From a virus (Duplodnaviria > Caudoviricetes): a stretch of 35,408 nucleotides of DNA. The notes under the pieces were generated by a model, which was not told the origin of the DNA, did no database searches, and worked only from the letters and a program-made list of their open reading frames with translations. The first letter of the stretch is position 1, and the number at the start of each line of letters is the position of its first letter. Made by a program: the position numbers and the translations under genes. This document shows positions 16,066-25,647 of the stretch, one piece after another. The stretch is taken from positions 1 to 35,408 of the IMG/VR virus record IMGVR_UViG_3300033233_000104. The stretch is one strand, 5' to 3'.

Positions 16066-16536
16066 ATGCTCATAAAACCTCCAACAATACCAGGCATAGA
16101 GAATGTAGAAAAACCCCAAGGTTTAATCAATAAACCTCTTATAAGGAATGATATTATTGAAAATAACGATCACAAAGTGATAAAACAAAACGCTTCAATA
16201 TTAAGCAATAATGAAAATCCCAAAGATTTAATTATAAGGAATAAGAAAGCATATAAAAGGTTTATTAAGCTTGTAAAGACAGGTAAATTCACCACTGCAA
16301 TGTTATCCGCAAAGTTAATAGGAGTACAAAGGAATACTATTATGGAATGGTTGAAGACTAAGGCAGTTATGGCTGTAATGAATGAAGAGATAAATACCTA
16401 TATAAGCAAGATATCAGGAAGTAAAGACTGGAAAGCACAAGCCTACCTTCTAGATAAGACTTTAGGTGATGATGACAAGGAAAAGGATACAACAGTACAA
16501 CTAACTAATCTAATACAGATCAATACTACTACTTAA
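16066..16536 (+). CDS. terS: Putative terminase small subunit
   Basis: HTH-like SAKLIGVQRNTIMEWLK, DWKAQAYLL motif; first gene of the packaging arm. Confidence 0.6.
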   Translation: MLIKPPTIPGIENVEKPQGLINKPLIRNDIIENNDHKVIKQNASILSNNENPKDLIIRNKKAYKRFIKLVKTGKFTTAMLSAKLIGVQRNTIMEWLKTKAVMAVMNEEINTYISKISGSKDWKAQAYLLDKTLGDDDKEKDTTVQLTNLIQINTTT

Positions 16537-16599
16537 TAATAGATTAAAGCAATACAACAATATAATGGTGCTTTAAATAATAATGGGGGGGTTTAGTGG

Positions 16600-16720
16600 T
16601 AGGATATACTACGGTACCCTATCCAACTAGAATGATATATATCCAACGTATATACTACTTGTATATCCAAGAGATATATGATATCCTTTAGATATATGGA
16701 TATCATTAAAAGTATCTGGA
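16600..16720. repeat. Phased TATCC/GATAT repeats in an intergenic region
   Basis: TATCC at 16620, 16640, 16664, 16682; AGATATATG(G)ATATC twice. Confidence 0.5.
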
Positions 16721-16811
16721 GTATTGTTAGAGTAACGTGGATTATTACGTTTGTTATGTTCTTGTGTGTCCTGCCTATTATTGTAGTTCTTTATTTATTA
16801 GTACGTTCACT

Positions 16812-17264
16812 ATGAAGATATTACTTTCCATACCAGATACACTTAATGAGAAGCTGGTTAGATATTGCGAAGAACATGACTACGAGAAGAGTGAGTTCGT
16901 ACGTAAGCTTATAAGGGAAGTCTTAGAGGAGAAGTATTTAATTACGGGCCTTCATCCTACGGGAGAGACAGTCTCGATGGACATACCCCCTGTTACTGGT
17001 ACTATGCCCGTAGAAAATATACCTGAGACATTAGAAGATAAATATAAGCGGGGAGAGACCATAACTCCTTCCACTCAACCAACAACCACTCCTCCCATAC
17101 TCGCTTGGTGCCAACTGCACTTTGAGAAAGGAATGAGTTTTACCTGCAACCTTATTACCTATGAGGACGAGAATGGTACTGCCACGATTGAGAAGAAATG
17201 GGCCTGTCCAAAATGTATCGAGCACTATCAGAACATGGGGAGAGGGAGGGTTTACTTCCTATGA
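16812..17264 (+). CDS. Ribbon-helix-helix protein with C-terminal Cys/His domain (start ATG 16812)
   Basis: MKILLSIPDTLNEKL...KSEFVRKLIRE; CQLH...CPKC. Confidence 0.7.
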   Translation: MKILLSIPDTLNEKLVRYCEEHDYEKSEFVRKLIREVLEEKYLITGLHPTGETVSMDIPPVTGTMPVENIPETLEDKYKRGETITPSTQPTTTPPILAWCQLHFEKGMSFTCNLITYEDENGTATIEKKWACPKCIEHYQNMGRGRVYFL

Positions 17265-17551
17265 TTTACCTATTCGTCCTACTTCGCCTCCTTGACCTTC
17301 TAACCACCTACATCGGTATCCAACTAGGAGTAAGTGAAGGTAATACCTTACAAGCCCTTCTGATGACACTAGGACCGCTCTACTATGTATTAAATCTATT
17401 TATGTCACTTTTATTTTATTGGGTGTTTTGGATATTGTCTGGGGTAAGAATAACGAGATATGTACTTAAAGGATTCATAGTCTTAAATATTATAGTAGTT
17501 TTAGTAAATCTGTTTTGTATCCTACTTGCACTTCGTTACAAATTATGGTAG
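17261..17551 (+). CDS. Membrane protein, DUF5658-like (start ATG 17261)
   Basis: LD.LTT..G...G..EGN motif, three hydrophobic segments. Confidence 0.65.
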   Translation: MIYLFVLLRLLDLLTTYIGIQLGVSEGNTLQALLMTLGPLYYVLNLFMSLLFYWVFWILSGVRITRYVLKGFIVLNIIVVLVNLFCILLALRYKLW

Positions 17552-17554
17552 TCT
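17526..17554 (+). promoter_or_regulatory. Sigma70-like promoter upstream of the terL operon
   Basis: TTGCAC-17-TAGTCT with TGn; same TATGGTAGTCT as the promoter at 29457. Confidence 0.55.
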
Positions 17555-17562
17555 GAAATTAT

Positions 17563-17781
17563 ATGGCGGTTATTTGCAGTCTGACCAAGAAAGGAATTCT
17601 TCTTAAGAGGGAGGTTGATGAAACAGTTGACCAGATATGGGACCAGATGAACTTTCAATGTGGAGATAATTCTACAGAGCGACCCTTATTTAATCGGGAC
17701 TTTCTTTTACTTACCCAAGGAGACAAACACGTTATTATTCATAAGAGGTTCATTAATTTTATAGATGATACAACCACGTAA
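17563..17781 (+). CDS. Hypothetical protein
   Basis: 72-aa ORF overlapping the terL start. Confidence 0.6.
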   Translation: MAVICSLTKKGILLKREVDETVDQIWDQMNFQCGDNSTERPLFNRDFLLLTQGDKHVIIHKRFINFIDDTTT

Positions 17782-19078
17782 AGTAAATTTAACCAGATGG
17801 CAATCTGAGGTCTGGCACGATGACCACCGCTTCGTTGTTGTCAACTGTGGACGGAGGGCAGGTAAATCGACAGTGATGGCGTATAAGATGGTGGATTTTG
17901 CAGCTAAGGCTCGGATGGTTGGAAAGACACAAGTTCCCGTAAAGGTATGGTATGTAGCTCCTACGTATCGTCAGGCAAAGAACATCTTATGGGAAATGCT
18001 TACCACCATTATTCCTAAGGAAGCAATAAGGCGTAAGAATGAAACCGAACTGAAGATCACCCTTATTAATGATTCAACGATAGAATGTAAGGGAGCTGAG
18101 GAACCAGATAATCTTCGGGGAGTCGGCATAGACCTAATCGTGTTTGATGAGTGTGCCTTTATTAAGGGTTGGGACCAAGTCTGGACTATTCTTCGCCCTG
18201 TACTTATTGAGAGTAAAGCCAAGTGTTACTTCATCTCCACTCCTAACGGGTTACAGAACCACTTCAAACATCTGGCGTACAATGAAATAGTAGAAGGAAA
18301 ACAAACTCGCCCCATGTTTTCTCCATCTGACCATTCCTATCATCACTATACTTCCTATGAGAACTCCTATCTTGACCCTAAAGAATTAGACTCACTAAAG
18401 TTTGAAATGACAGAGGATGCGTTTGCCCAGGAAATAATGGGAGAGTTCCGTAAACTAAGTGGACTTATATATAAAGAGTTCTCTCGTACACTACATATGG
18501 TGGATGTTCCCTACATGGACACTAACTGGACATACACAAGAACAATAGACTTTGGATTTGCCCATAAGACCGCACTCATCTACTTTGCTATATCGCCAGA
18601 CTTTACAGAAATCTATGCTTATGATGGGCTCTATGTGTCAGGTTTTACCGAGAGTCAAATAGCAGATGTAGTTAAGGTTAAAGATAGTGGTAAACATATA
18701 ACAAATCCAGTAGCAGATAGCGCAGCTCCCATGACGATTGAGGGACTACTTCAACAGAACGTCTACTTTATTCCTGTTGAAAAAGGTAAGGACTCAGTAA
18801 AGAATGGAATAATGAAAGTTGCAGAACTTCTTAAAGTAAGGCGGGATACGGGTAGGCCAACCCTTATGTTCTCCAAACACTTAACATGGATAGCTGATGA
18901 GTTTGAGAAGTACCGATGGATTGAAAACAAGAATGACAGGTCCCTAGTCAAAGAGATTCCTTATAAGGTAAGTGATGACGCAATGGATGCAATACGTTAT
19001 ATGGCAATGAGTCTTCAGAGTCCCGATGATGATGATGAAGTCCCACAGGAAAAAGCAATTAATACCCAGTGGTACTAA
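17765..19078 (+). CDS. terL: Terminase large subunit
   Basis: Walker A GRRAGKS, YVAPTY.QAK, Walker B LIVFDE, coupling ISTP.G, nuclease IDFG and DDAMDA.RY. Confidence 0.97.
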   Translation: MIQPRKVNLTRWQSEVWHDDHRFVVVNCGRRAGKSTVMAYKMVDFAAKARMVGKTQVPVKVWYVAPTYRQAKNILWEMLTTIIPKEAIRRKNETELKITLINDSTIECKGAEEPDNLRGVGIDLIVFDECAFIKGWDQVWTILRPVLIESKAKCYFISTPNGLQNHFKHLAYNEIVEGKQTRPMFSPSDHSYHHYTSYENSYLDPKELDSLKFEMTEDAFAQEIMGEFRKLSGLIYKEFSRTLHMVDVPYMDTNWTYTRTIDFGFAHKTALIYFAISPDFTEIYAYDGLYVSGFTESQIADVVKVKDSGKHITNPVADSAAPMTIEGLLQQNVYFIPVEKGKDSVKNGIMKVAELLKVRRDTGRPTLMFSKHLTWIADEFEKYRWIENKNDRSLVKEIPYKVSDDAMDAIRYMAMSLQSPDDDDEVPQEKAINTQWY

Positions 19079-19079
19079 T

Positions 19080-19277
19080 ATGCAGTATATTATAGAGATT
19101 AATAACCATAACAAAAAACCTCATCTGGATATAGAGGCAGAAGCACAAAAAATTAAGAACGGGTTATTTACATTTATCGTACGTGTTGCTGATGGCAACA
19201 TTGTCGATGTAGTATTTTTATCTTATGAATCCTACGAATCCTTCAAAGGTTTTGAAGAACTTAGCATTTTAGCCTAA
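19080..19277 (+). CDS. Hypothetical protein (start ATG 19080)
   Basis: MQYIIEIN...; 1 nt after terL stop. Confidence 0.6.
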   Translation: MQYIIEINNHNKKPHLDIEAEAQKIKNGLFTFIVRVADGNIVDVVFLSYESYESFKGFEELSILA

Positions 19278-19278
19278 T

Positions 19279-19470
19279 ATGAGTGAAGTAAATAAAGTAT
19301 TAAAAAATCTGGCTTTTCATACGTTGGTTGAAAAAGAAGTTAAGGAAATGGGATATGGACAGTTGACTTTTAATGTTGTTTTAAAAGATGCAGTGGCAAT
19401 TTTGCGTACAATGAAAGTAACCCGTAGCCGTAGATTGAAGTATACCATTGACAACAAGAGAATATTATAA
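19279..19470 (+). CDS. Hypothetical protein
   Basis: 63 aa, YGQLTFNV motif; loosely similar to the preceding ORF. Confidence 0.6.
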   Translation: MSEVNKVLKNLAFHTLVEKEVKEMGYGQLTFNVVLKDAVAILRTMKVTRSRRLKYTIDNKRIL

Positions 19471-19476
19471 TATAAT
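19448..19476 (+). promoter_or_regulatory. Consensus promoter, leaderless for the HNH gene
   Basis: TTGACA-17-TATAAT, ATG 6 nt later. Confidence 0.8.
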
Positions 19477-19482
19477 GTTCTC

Positions 19483-19989
19483 ATGGTAAAACCAAATACT
19501 AAAAAATGTATTCAATGCTTAATTGAATTTCCTTTAGATTTTTTTTATAAAGGAAGTAATGGATATTACATATCCTATTGTAAAAAATGTTCTGCTATAA
19601 GAAGTAAAAGATGGATTATCTTAAATAAAGATAGTTGGAAAAAAATAGCTCAAAGAAGTAGTAAAAAATATCGTGAAAATCCAATAGTTAAGAAACAAAT
19701 AAGTAAATATTATAAGAATTGGTATAAATTAAATGGAAGAAATAGAGTAATTGATTATCAGGGAGCAATTGTTGAGTGGATGAAAAATCATCCAAAAGAA
19801 GTTAAGGCAAGGAGACTAATAGGTCATTATATTAAAATAGGTAAAATAATAAAACCTAAAAATTGCTCCTTATGTAGTAGAGAGACAAGATTATCTGGTC
19901 ACCATTTAGATTATGATAAACCCCTAGATGCAATATGGTTGTGTAGTTCATGTCATAAAAATATTCATTCAAAAATAAAATCTATTTGA
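19483..19989 (+). CDS. HNH-type endonuclease
   Basis: N-terminal CxxC...CxxC; C-terminal CSLC...HH.DY...WLC..CH; very AT-rich. Confidence 0.8.
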   Translation: MVKPNTKKCIQCLIEFPLDFFYKGSNGYYISYCKKCSAIRSKRWIILNKDSWKKIAQRSSKKYRENPIVKKQISKYYKNWYKLNGRNRVIDYQGAIVEWMKNHPKEVKARRLIGHYIKIGKIIKPKNCSLCSRETRLSGHHLDYDKPLDAIWLCSSCHKNIHSKIKSI

Positions 19990-20014
19990 CAAAACCAATA
20001 AAATAGTATAACTT
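19986..20014 (+). promoter_or_regulatory. Promoter upstream of portal
   Basis: TTGACA-17-TAACTT. Confidence 0.55.
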
Positions 20015-20052
20015 AATATAACAACTAAAGGTTTGCGATTATAATATCGTTT

Positions 20053-20080
20053 GCCTGTCCAAAAAGGACAGGTTTTTTTT
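20053..20080 (+). terminator. Intrinsic terminator-like hairpin abutting the portal ATG
   Basis: CCTGTCC-AAAAA-GGACAGG followed by T8. Confidence 0.75.
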
Positions 20081-22006
20081 ATGGGTAAACTAGAAGACCA
20101 GATACAAACACATTACCAAACTTCACTTGATTCACTTGCAACCAAAAGAGTAATGTGGGATGAGGCCGAATCAATCTTCTCCAACAAACTTAATGATGCA
20201 ATCTCCAGTAAAACTAAAAGTCAGGTTATGGACCAGAAACTATCAACAATGATTCTTGAACGAGAAGCCCGTGTTATGAGTAAACTTCCCATCGGCAAGT
20301 TCCGCCCCATTTCAGGGGATGATATTGCAAGTACACAGATAATAAATCTTATTATGGAGAAGTATATTATCCCAAATGCTAAGGCGCAATTCCCATTTCT
20401 CACTAAATTGAGGATGATGGACCGATATAGCAACATCTACGGAAATATGTTTGCCATGGTTGACTGGGACATAAAGAAAAATGGATATGTAGGACCAGAC
20501 TTATGGCTTCTTGCCATTCGTGATGTATTTCCTCAGGTCGGAGCAGTATCACTTGATGATTCCGACAGAATAGTTATACGTACATGGAAACCAATTTCAT
20601 ACTTTGAAGGGTTGGGTAAGGGTAAGAATTTAAAGAATGTAGGAAATATAGTTGAAAAACTAAAGAAACTTAATGGAGACAAATCAAGTAAGAGCTCAAG
20701 TGAACAGAGTGTGCGTGAGACCCAACAGCAAAATGACACTCAGGAAGGCAAAGGTTCAGGTTACTTCCAAGTATTGACCATGTTTGAACGTGATAGATGG
20801 GTAGATTATGTACCTGCAGCTCATTTAGTGTTGAGGGATATCGAGAATCCCAACAAAGATGGAGAATTACCGATTGTTTGTAAGTATTCAATCCCTTTAA
20901 TTGATGATTTTATGGGTATGGGAGACATGGAACGGGGTAAAACCATGCAGTATACCCTTAATTCACTCTGGAATCTCTATTTAGATGCTATAAAGATATC
21001 AATATTTCCTCCAACTATACTTAATAAGGATAATATAATCGCCTCAACAATCAAATGGGGAGCTGGAGCAAAGTGGTTGGTACGAAACAGTGTTGGAAAC
21101 TCAGTACAACAGCTTGCAATCAACCCTAGAGGTATTGATTCGTTTCAATCAACCTATCAAACCCTTAATGCATCCCTTCTTAATATGTTTGGAACGACAG
21201 ATACTTCAACAACTGCTGCAACAGACCCAGGATTTGGCAAGACTCCTCAAGCCCTCCAGATGCAACAATCAAGAGAGAGTGCAAAGGACAATGTCGACCG
21301 ATTTTACATGGAACAGACATTATCTGACATTATGCGTAAGTTTGCCAATCTATGGAGTAAAAAACAACCTTCTTCAACCGTTGTAAGGATGTTTAGTCGT
21401 GAACTTGAAGATCTGATCAGAGTTTATCCAGAGGCAAAGGATATGTATAACGTAGATACAGGTAAACTTACTCTAAATAAGAAGATAACAGGATCAACTC
21501 TCTATGATTATGAAATCGTACCAGGTTCAACCTATGCAATTAACGAGGAAAAACAACAAGGAGCTTTACGTGAAATGTTTGCCATGCTTTCACAAGGACT
21601 TACACTTGACCAACAAGGTAAAGTAACTTCACCTCTCATGAAGAAGATGGAAGAGGAAGGTAAAAAAGTACAGTTAGGAGAACTGTTCACAAGAATAATA
21701 TCAGGTAGTGGGATAATGGACTGGAGTAAGATAGTAGTTGATTCACAGGATGCACAACAGAGTCGTGAGGTAACTCCTCAAGAACAACAAAGTATGCAAG
21801 CCGATCAAGAACAATTCTTGCAGATGTTACAAGGAATTCAAGGAGGTCAAGGTGGACAAATAAACCAGATACCACCTCAGGACCCTCTTTCTCCCCAAAT
21901 GCAGATGGGACAACAGATGCCAGGACAGGGAGGACCCATGCAACAGGCAGCAGCCCCACCACAAGTTCCGCAAATGGGCGGTCAACAACTAAATGGACAA
22001 GGATGA
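20081..22006 (+). CDS. Portal protein (start ATG 20081)
   Basis: About 640 aa after terL; YG....V.W, NP...G..P...., F.GMG..E patterns of P22-like portals; Q/G/P-rich tail. Confidence 0.85.
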   Translation: MGKLEDQIQTHYQTSLDSLATKRVMWDEAESIFSNKLNDAISSKTKSQVMDQKLSTMILEREARVMSKLPIGKFRPISGDDIASTQIINLIMEKYIIPNAKAQFPFLTKLRMMDRYSNIYGNMFAMVDWDIKKNGYVGPDLWLLAIRDVFPQVGAVSLDDSDRIVIRTWKPISYFEGLGKGKNLKNVGNIVEKLKKLNGDKSSKSSSEQSVRETQQQNDTQEGKGSGYFQVLTMFERDRWVDYVPAAHLVLRDIENPNKDGELPIVCKYSIPLIDDFMGMGDMERGKTMQYTLNSLWNLYLDAIKISIFPPTILNKDNIIASTIKWGAGAKWLVRNSVGNSVQQLAINPRGIDSFQSTYQTLNASLLNMFGTTDTSTTAATDPGFGKTPQALQMQQSRESAKDNVDRFYMEQTLSDIMRKFANLWSKKQPSSTVVRMFSRELEDLIRVYPEAKDMYNVDTGKLTLNKKITGSTLYDYEIVPGSTYAINEEKQQGALREMFAMLSQGLTLDQQGKVTSPLMKKMEEEGKKVQLGELFTRIISGSGIMDWSKIVVDSQDAQQSREVTPQEQQSMQADQEQFLQMLQGIQGGQGGQINQIPPQDPLSPQMQMGQQMPGQGGPMQQAAAPPQVPQMGGQQLNGQG

Positions 22007-22295
22007 AGCAATCAAGCCAGATGTATTTCGAGACTTCAGAGCGATTGAAGTCCCAACGGTCAAGAAGGAAGACAAAGACCCAGAGGACGAAGCTCTTAAA
22101 TCACTATCTCAACATAGTGGTTGGAAGTATCTTGAGGAATACATTGACAGATTGCAGAAAGAGATGAAGGATTTAGTATCAGCATCGGTTGCAGGTGGTA
22201 GTAGTTTTGAGGATATTGGACGACTAACTGTCGTTACAAATTTGGCCTCAGAAAAACTAGACCAGATAAAGCAAAAAGTAAATGACTCAAGATGA
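21993..22295 (+). CDS. Hypothetical head-module protein
   Basis: 100 aa, GW..L helix motif commonly seen after such portals. Confidence 0.65.
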   Translation: MDKDEAIKPDVFRDFRAIEVPTVKKEDKDPEDEALKSLSQHSGWKYLEEYIDRLQKEMKDLVSASVAGGSSFEDIGRLTVVTNLASEKLDQIKQKVNDSR

Positions 22296-22575
22296 GGAGA
22301 ACCTTGAAAATATAGAGGAAAAGATAGAACCCGAAACTGAAAAGATGGATTTTACCAAACCAGACTATCAGTTTATTCCCAAGGGTTGTCAATATAGGCA
22401 GAATGGAATATATCTTGTCTGTTACTCATGCGACCTGAAGCATGCGGTATATATAGGTCCCAATAAGATGATGGTTGGTGAAACGGAGAATGGACCAATA
22501 CTGGTAGATAGAGTAGAATATTTAAAGAATGGATATAAAAAAAGCGTGGGGATATCAAGCAAGCATGAGCCATAG
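22282..22575 (+). CDS. Hypothetical protein with Cys/His motif
   Basis: C.YRQ.G.YLVC.SC...HA. Confidence 0.65.
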   Translation: MTQDEENLENIEEKIEPETEKMDFTKPDYQFIPKGCQYRQNGIYLVCYSCDLKHAVYIGPNKMMVGETENGPILVDRVEYLKNGYKKSVGISSKHEP

Positions 22576-22687
22576 ACTCATTATTCATCATTCCAATGCA
22601 CTTTAGTATTCGGGAATGATTGCTTGCTTGATGTCTCTACTGACGGGTAGAGAAATCAAAGGTTCTGCGAACCTTTCAAAAACGCTG
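22543..22687 (+). ncRNA. Structured cis RNA upstream of scaffold/capsid genes
   Basis: 18-bp helix GGGGAUAUCAAGCAAGCA/UGCUUGCUUGAUGUCUCU (3 G-U) with two inner and two trailing hairpins. Confidence 0.6.
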
Positions 22688-22706
22688 TTACAAGTTCAAC
22701 CTTAAT

Positions 22707-23465
22707 ATGGAAGAACAAAAAAAGGCGGAAAATCTAAACGATGGGAAAGAAACCATTGTTACTGAATCGCCAACAGTAGAAGGAAAAGTGACACCAGAAG
22801 TTGAGACTCCAAAATCTGAGACTCCTAACGTGGAAGTCCCAGTTGAGGAGGCCCAACCTACAGTGTCGGAAGAACCCAAGTTGAAACCCGTTGAAAAACG
22901 GATTCACAAGCTCGTTGATAAAGTGAAGGAGGCCGAACAGGCGAGAGACTCGCTGGCGAAGCAGGTGGAGGATTTGACTTTCCAGTTATCTGGGGGTCAG
23001 GCGAATACGCCACAATACCAACCAACCATTGAACCAGGTGCCGAAGTAACTCAAGAACAATATAAAGCTGACGTAGTACGGACTGCGCAGAGTATTGCAC
23101 AGCTTGAAGTTCAAAAGCAAAGACTTGTTGACACCATCAACAGGGAGGCAGCAGAGTCCATGTCCGATCATCCTGAACTTAACCCAAAGAGTGAAAGTTT
23201 TGACAGGGAACTTTCTGAAATGATTGTCGAATCGGTTAAGGCACAGATTCAAAGTAATCCATCAGCTTCTGTAAAGAAACTGGTAAACCAAATGATGAAG
23301 CCTTACAGAAAGGCAATCGACAAACAAGTAGCGGAGAATCAAGCGACTGTTACACAACAGGTAGCTGAAACTGCCCTACGACCAAGTCAAGTCAAGGTGG
23401 TTGAAAAACCCTTTGGCGAATTATCCATCGAAGAGATGGAAAAAAGGCTTCCAGTTACTTATTAA
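22707..23465 (+). CDS. Capsid scaffolding protein
   Basis: Acidic Pro-rich N-terminus, EKRI..L coiled coil, HPELNP.S..FD, S.EEME..L end; precedes capsid. Confidence 0.8.
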   Translation: MEEQKKAENLNDGKETIVTESPTVEGKVTPEVETPKSETPNVEVPVEEAQPTVSEEPKLKPVEKRIHKLVDKVKEAEQARDSLAKQVEDLTFQLSGGQANTPQYQPTIEPGAEVTQEQYKADVVRTAQSIAQLEVQKQRLVDTINREAAESMSDHPELNPKSESFDRELSEMIVESVKAQIQSNPSASVKKLVNQMMKPYRKAIDKQVAENQATVTQQVAETALRPSQVKVVEKPFGELSIEEMEKRLPVTY

Positions 23466-23477
23466 TTTTTTCTTAAC

Positions 23478-24398
23478 ATGGCAGATTTAAACGTTACGGG
23501 TACACTCGCACCTGAGGTATCTACCTACTACGAAAAGGTTTTCTTAAAGAGAGCCGAGTACGAGTTTGTAGCTAAAGAAGGTGGTCAGTCAAGAACCCAT
23601 GCCTCCAATGAGGGACGCACTGTTAATTTCACCAGATACACACCTCTGACGATTAACACGACTCCTTTAGGAGAAGGTTCAAACCCATCACTTAGCAATA
23701 TAACTGCTTCAACAATCGCAGTTACGTTGTCTGAGTATGGACAATCAATTCAAGTCTCAAAATTCCTTACCTTAGTGGGTATTGACAAGAATATGTCTGA
23801 AAAGATTGCTCTTGTTGGACAGAATATGGGACAATCAATCAATAGATTGGTTATCAATGAATTGAACAATGGTACAGCATATTTTGCTAATGGTAAAAAT
23901 ACCAGCACTTATGCAGCATCAGATACGTTCTCAGCATCCATGGTCCGAGGAATCACACGACAACTCGAACTTGGATATGCTCCGACATATGAAGATGGGT
24001 ACTATATCGGAAAAGCGTCTCCCCAAACAAAATATCAGTTGTTAGGAGACTCGACTTGGCTCAATGCTAAGACCTATTCAGATGTTAAAGGACTTTATAA
24101 AGGAGAAATGGGTGAACTATATCAGGTTCGCTGGCTCTTAAATAAAGACTATGCATCTGCCGTAGGTGCCGCATCAGAAGCATCAGTCATTGCCACTTTC
24201 AATACATACGTTCATGGCTCAGATGCCTTTGGATGTTATGATCTTGAAGGAGACAAGCCGAGACTTTACATTCTTCCAAACATAGTGGACGGAAGTTCGC
24301 CTGCTGGACGAATCAGTAAAGTATCATGGGCTGGTAGTTATGCTGCAAAAATCCTTAATAGTTCTTGGATTGTAGTGGCTAAAACTCCTACGAGTTGA
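23478..24398 (+). CDS. Major capsid protein, N4-gp56-like
   Basis: G.TV.F.RY..L...TPL.EG..P, L.EYG, GE.G.L..VR motifs. Confidence 0.9.
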   Translation: MADLNVTGTLAPEVSTYYEKVFLKRAEYEFVAKEGGQSRTHASNEGRTVNFTRYTPLTINTTPLGEGSNPSLSNITASTIAVTLSEYGQSIQVSKFLTLVGIDKNMSEKIALVGQNMGQSINRLVINELNNGTAYFANGKNTSTYAASDTFSASMVRGITRQLELGYAPTYEDGYYIGKASPQTKYQLLGDSTWLNAKTYSDVKGLYKGEMGELYQVRWLLNKDYASAVGAASEASVIATFNTYVHGSDAFGCYDLEGDKPRLYILPNIVDGSSPAGRISKVSWAGSYAAKILNSSWIVVAKTPTS

Positions 24399-24409
24399 CA
24401 ACAATGATG

Positions 24410-24438
24410 TTGACTTGTTTGTAACTTTGTGTTACACT
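24410..24438 (+). promoter_or_regulatory. Promoter, leaderless for the HNH gene
   Basis: TTGACT-17-TACACT with TGn; ATG 6 nt later. Confidence 0.7.
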
Positions 24439-24444
24439 GGGGGT

Positions 24445-25023
24445 ATGCAAAACATACCCTCAGAAAATACAAAATTATGCCAACACTGTGGCAAGCTCAT
24501 TTACAACACGTTCAGAAAACTAGAATGGAGTAGGAAGAAGTTTTGTAGCAGAGAATGTAGACATCTGGCAGATAGAGGGAGAAAACCATGGAATAAAGGA
24601 AAGACTGGATGGATGTCAGAAGAAGGCCGTAGGAAGGTTGGAGAGTCGACAAGACGTACATTGAAAAATCAAACTAGAGAACAAGTAATGGACAGGATTA
24701 ATAAGATGGTAAAACATAGAAAAGAACACGACAACTTTAAAGGTACTTTAGGAAGAGTTGGAGAATTGAGTGCACCATGGTTAGGAGAAAAGGCTAATTA
24801 TAACTCTAAACATAAGTGGATACAAAAGCATTGGACTAAGACAGGAATTTGCGAGAATTGCGGTTTAAGTCCAAAGTTATTCGGAAATAGAAAATATGGA
24901 ACGGAATGGCATAATAAGGATAGAAAATATAGTAGAGTAGACAGAGGAACGTGGTTAGAACTTTGCAGTAAGTGTCACAAAAAAGAAGACAAATTATGGC
25001 AACAGGAAGAGAACAAGATATAA
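24445..25023 (+). CDS. HNH-type endonuclease (start ATG 24445)
   Basis: CQHCG...KFCSREC, PWNKG, Y...HKWI, CENCG, W..LC.KCH...D. Confidence 0.8.
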   Translation: MQNIPSENTKLCQHCGKLIYNTFRKLEWSRKKFCSRECRHLADRGRKPWNKGKTGWMSEEGRRKVGESTRRTLKNQTREQVMDRINKMVKHRKEHDNFKGTLGRVGELSAPWLGEKANYNSKHKWIQKHWTKTGICENCGLSPKLFGNRKYGTEWHNKDRKYSRVDRGTWLELCSKCHKKEDKLWQQEENKI

Positions 25024-25229
25024 CTGAACTATACCGAGAGATGAGTAGAACATCTGACCCAGGAGTGAGAGAGTCCCTCAGACGGACAATCTCTCTTATT
25101 AAGAATGAGTCAGGTAGTGTGAGGAGTATGAGAGAGGCACTACTGAAAGCCCATCGCAGTGGAGATATAGATGAGATAAAAGACATACATGAATTTATAA
25201 AAGCTAAATCCCAATATAAAAATGGATAG
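24996..25229 (+). CDS. Hypothetical protein (start ATG 24996)
   Basis: MATGREQD..., 77 aa. Confidence 0.6.
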   Translation: MATGREQDITELYREMSRTSDPGVRESLRRTISLIKNESGSVRSMREALLKAHRSGDIDEIKDIHEFIKAKSQYKNG

Positions 25230-25647
25230 TACCTTTAGAAGTAAACAAGTAGAGGAAGTACAAACTCCCTTAAAGGAAGTAAAGATAGATACTTCTACTG
25301 CTCCTAAATCAGATATTGAACCTCCATACACCGATTACCAGAAGATGAAACATCATCCCTATATAGTAGATCATTTTAAACTAGGAGATTCATGGCAAAA
25401 TGAATTAGGAGGATTTGAAGATGAAGTCTCTCTAATTGATGGTTACTTTAAGGGAAAAATAGAACAGGGTGAGATGAAGAATGATACTGAGGCAGTTAGA
25501 GAGAAGATGAACTCTATTTATAAACTTTGTCACATTGACAAGACCGAAAGAACTACAATGCAGATTGAGAAGTTGGCAGCATATATCAAGTTCTTAAAAG
25601 AGACTGATGATATTAAATTGAGGAATTTTAAATATGGCAGTAAGTAA
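25222..25647 (+). CDS. Hypothetical protein
   Basis: 141-aa ORF in the late operon. Confidence 0.65.
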   Translation: MDSTFRSKQVEEVQTPLKEVKIDTSTAPKSDIEPPYTDYQKMKHHPYIVDHFKLGDSWQNELGGFEDEVSLIDGYFKGKIEQGEMKNDTEAVREKMNSIYKLCHIDKTERTTMQIEKLAAYIKFLKETDDIKLRNFKYGSK

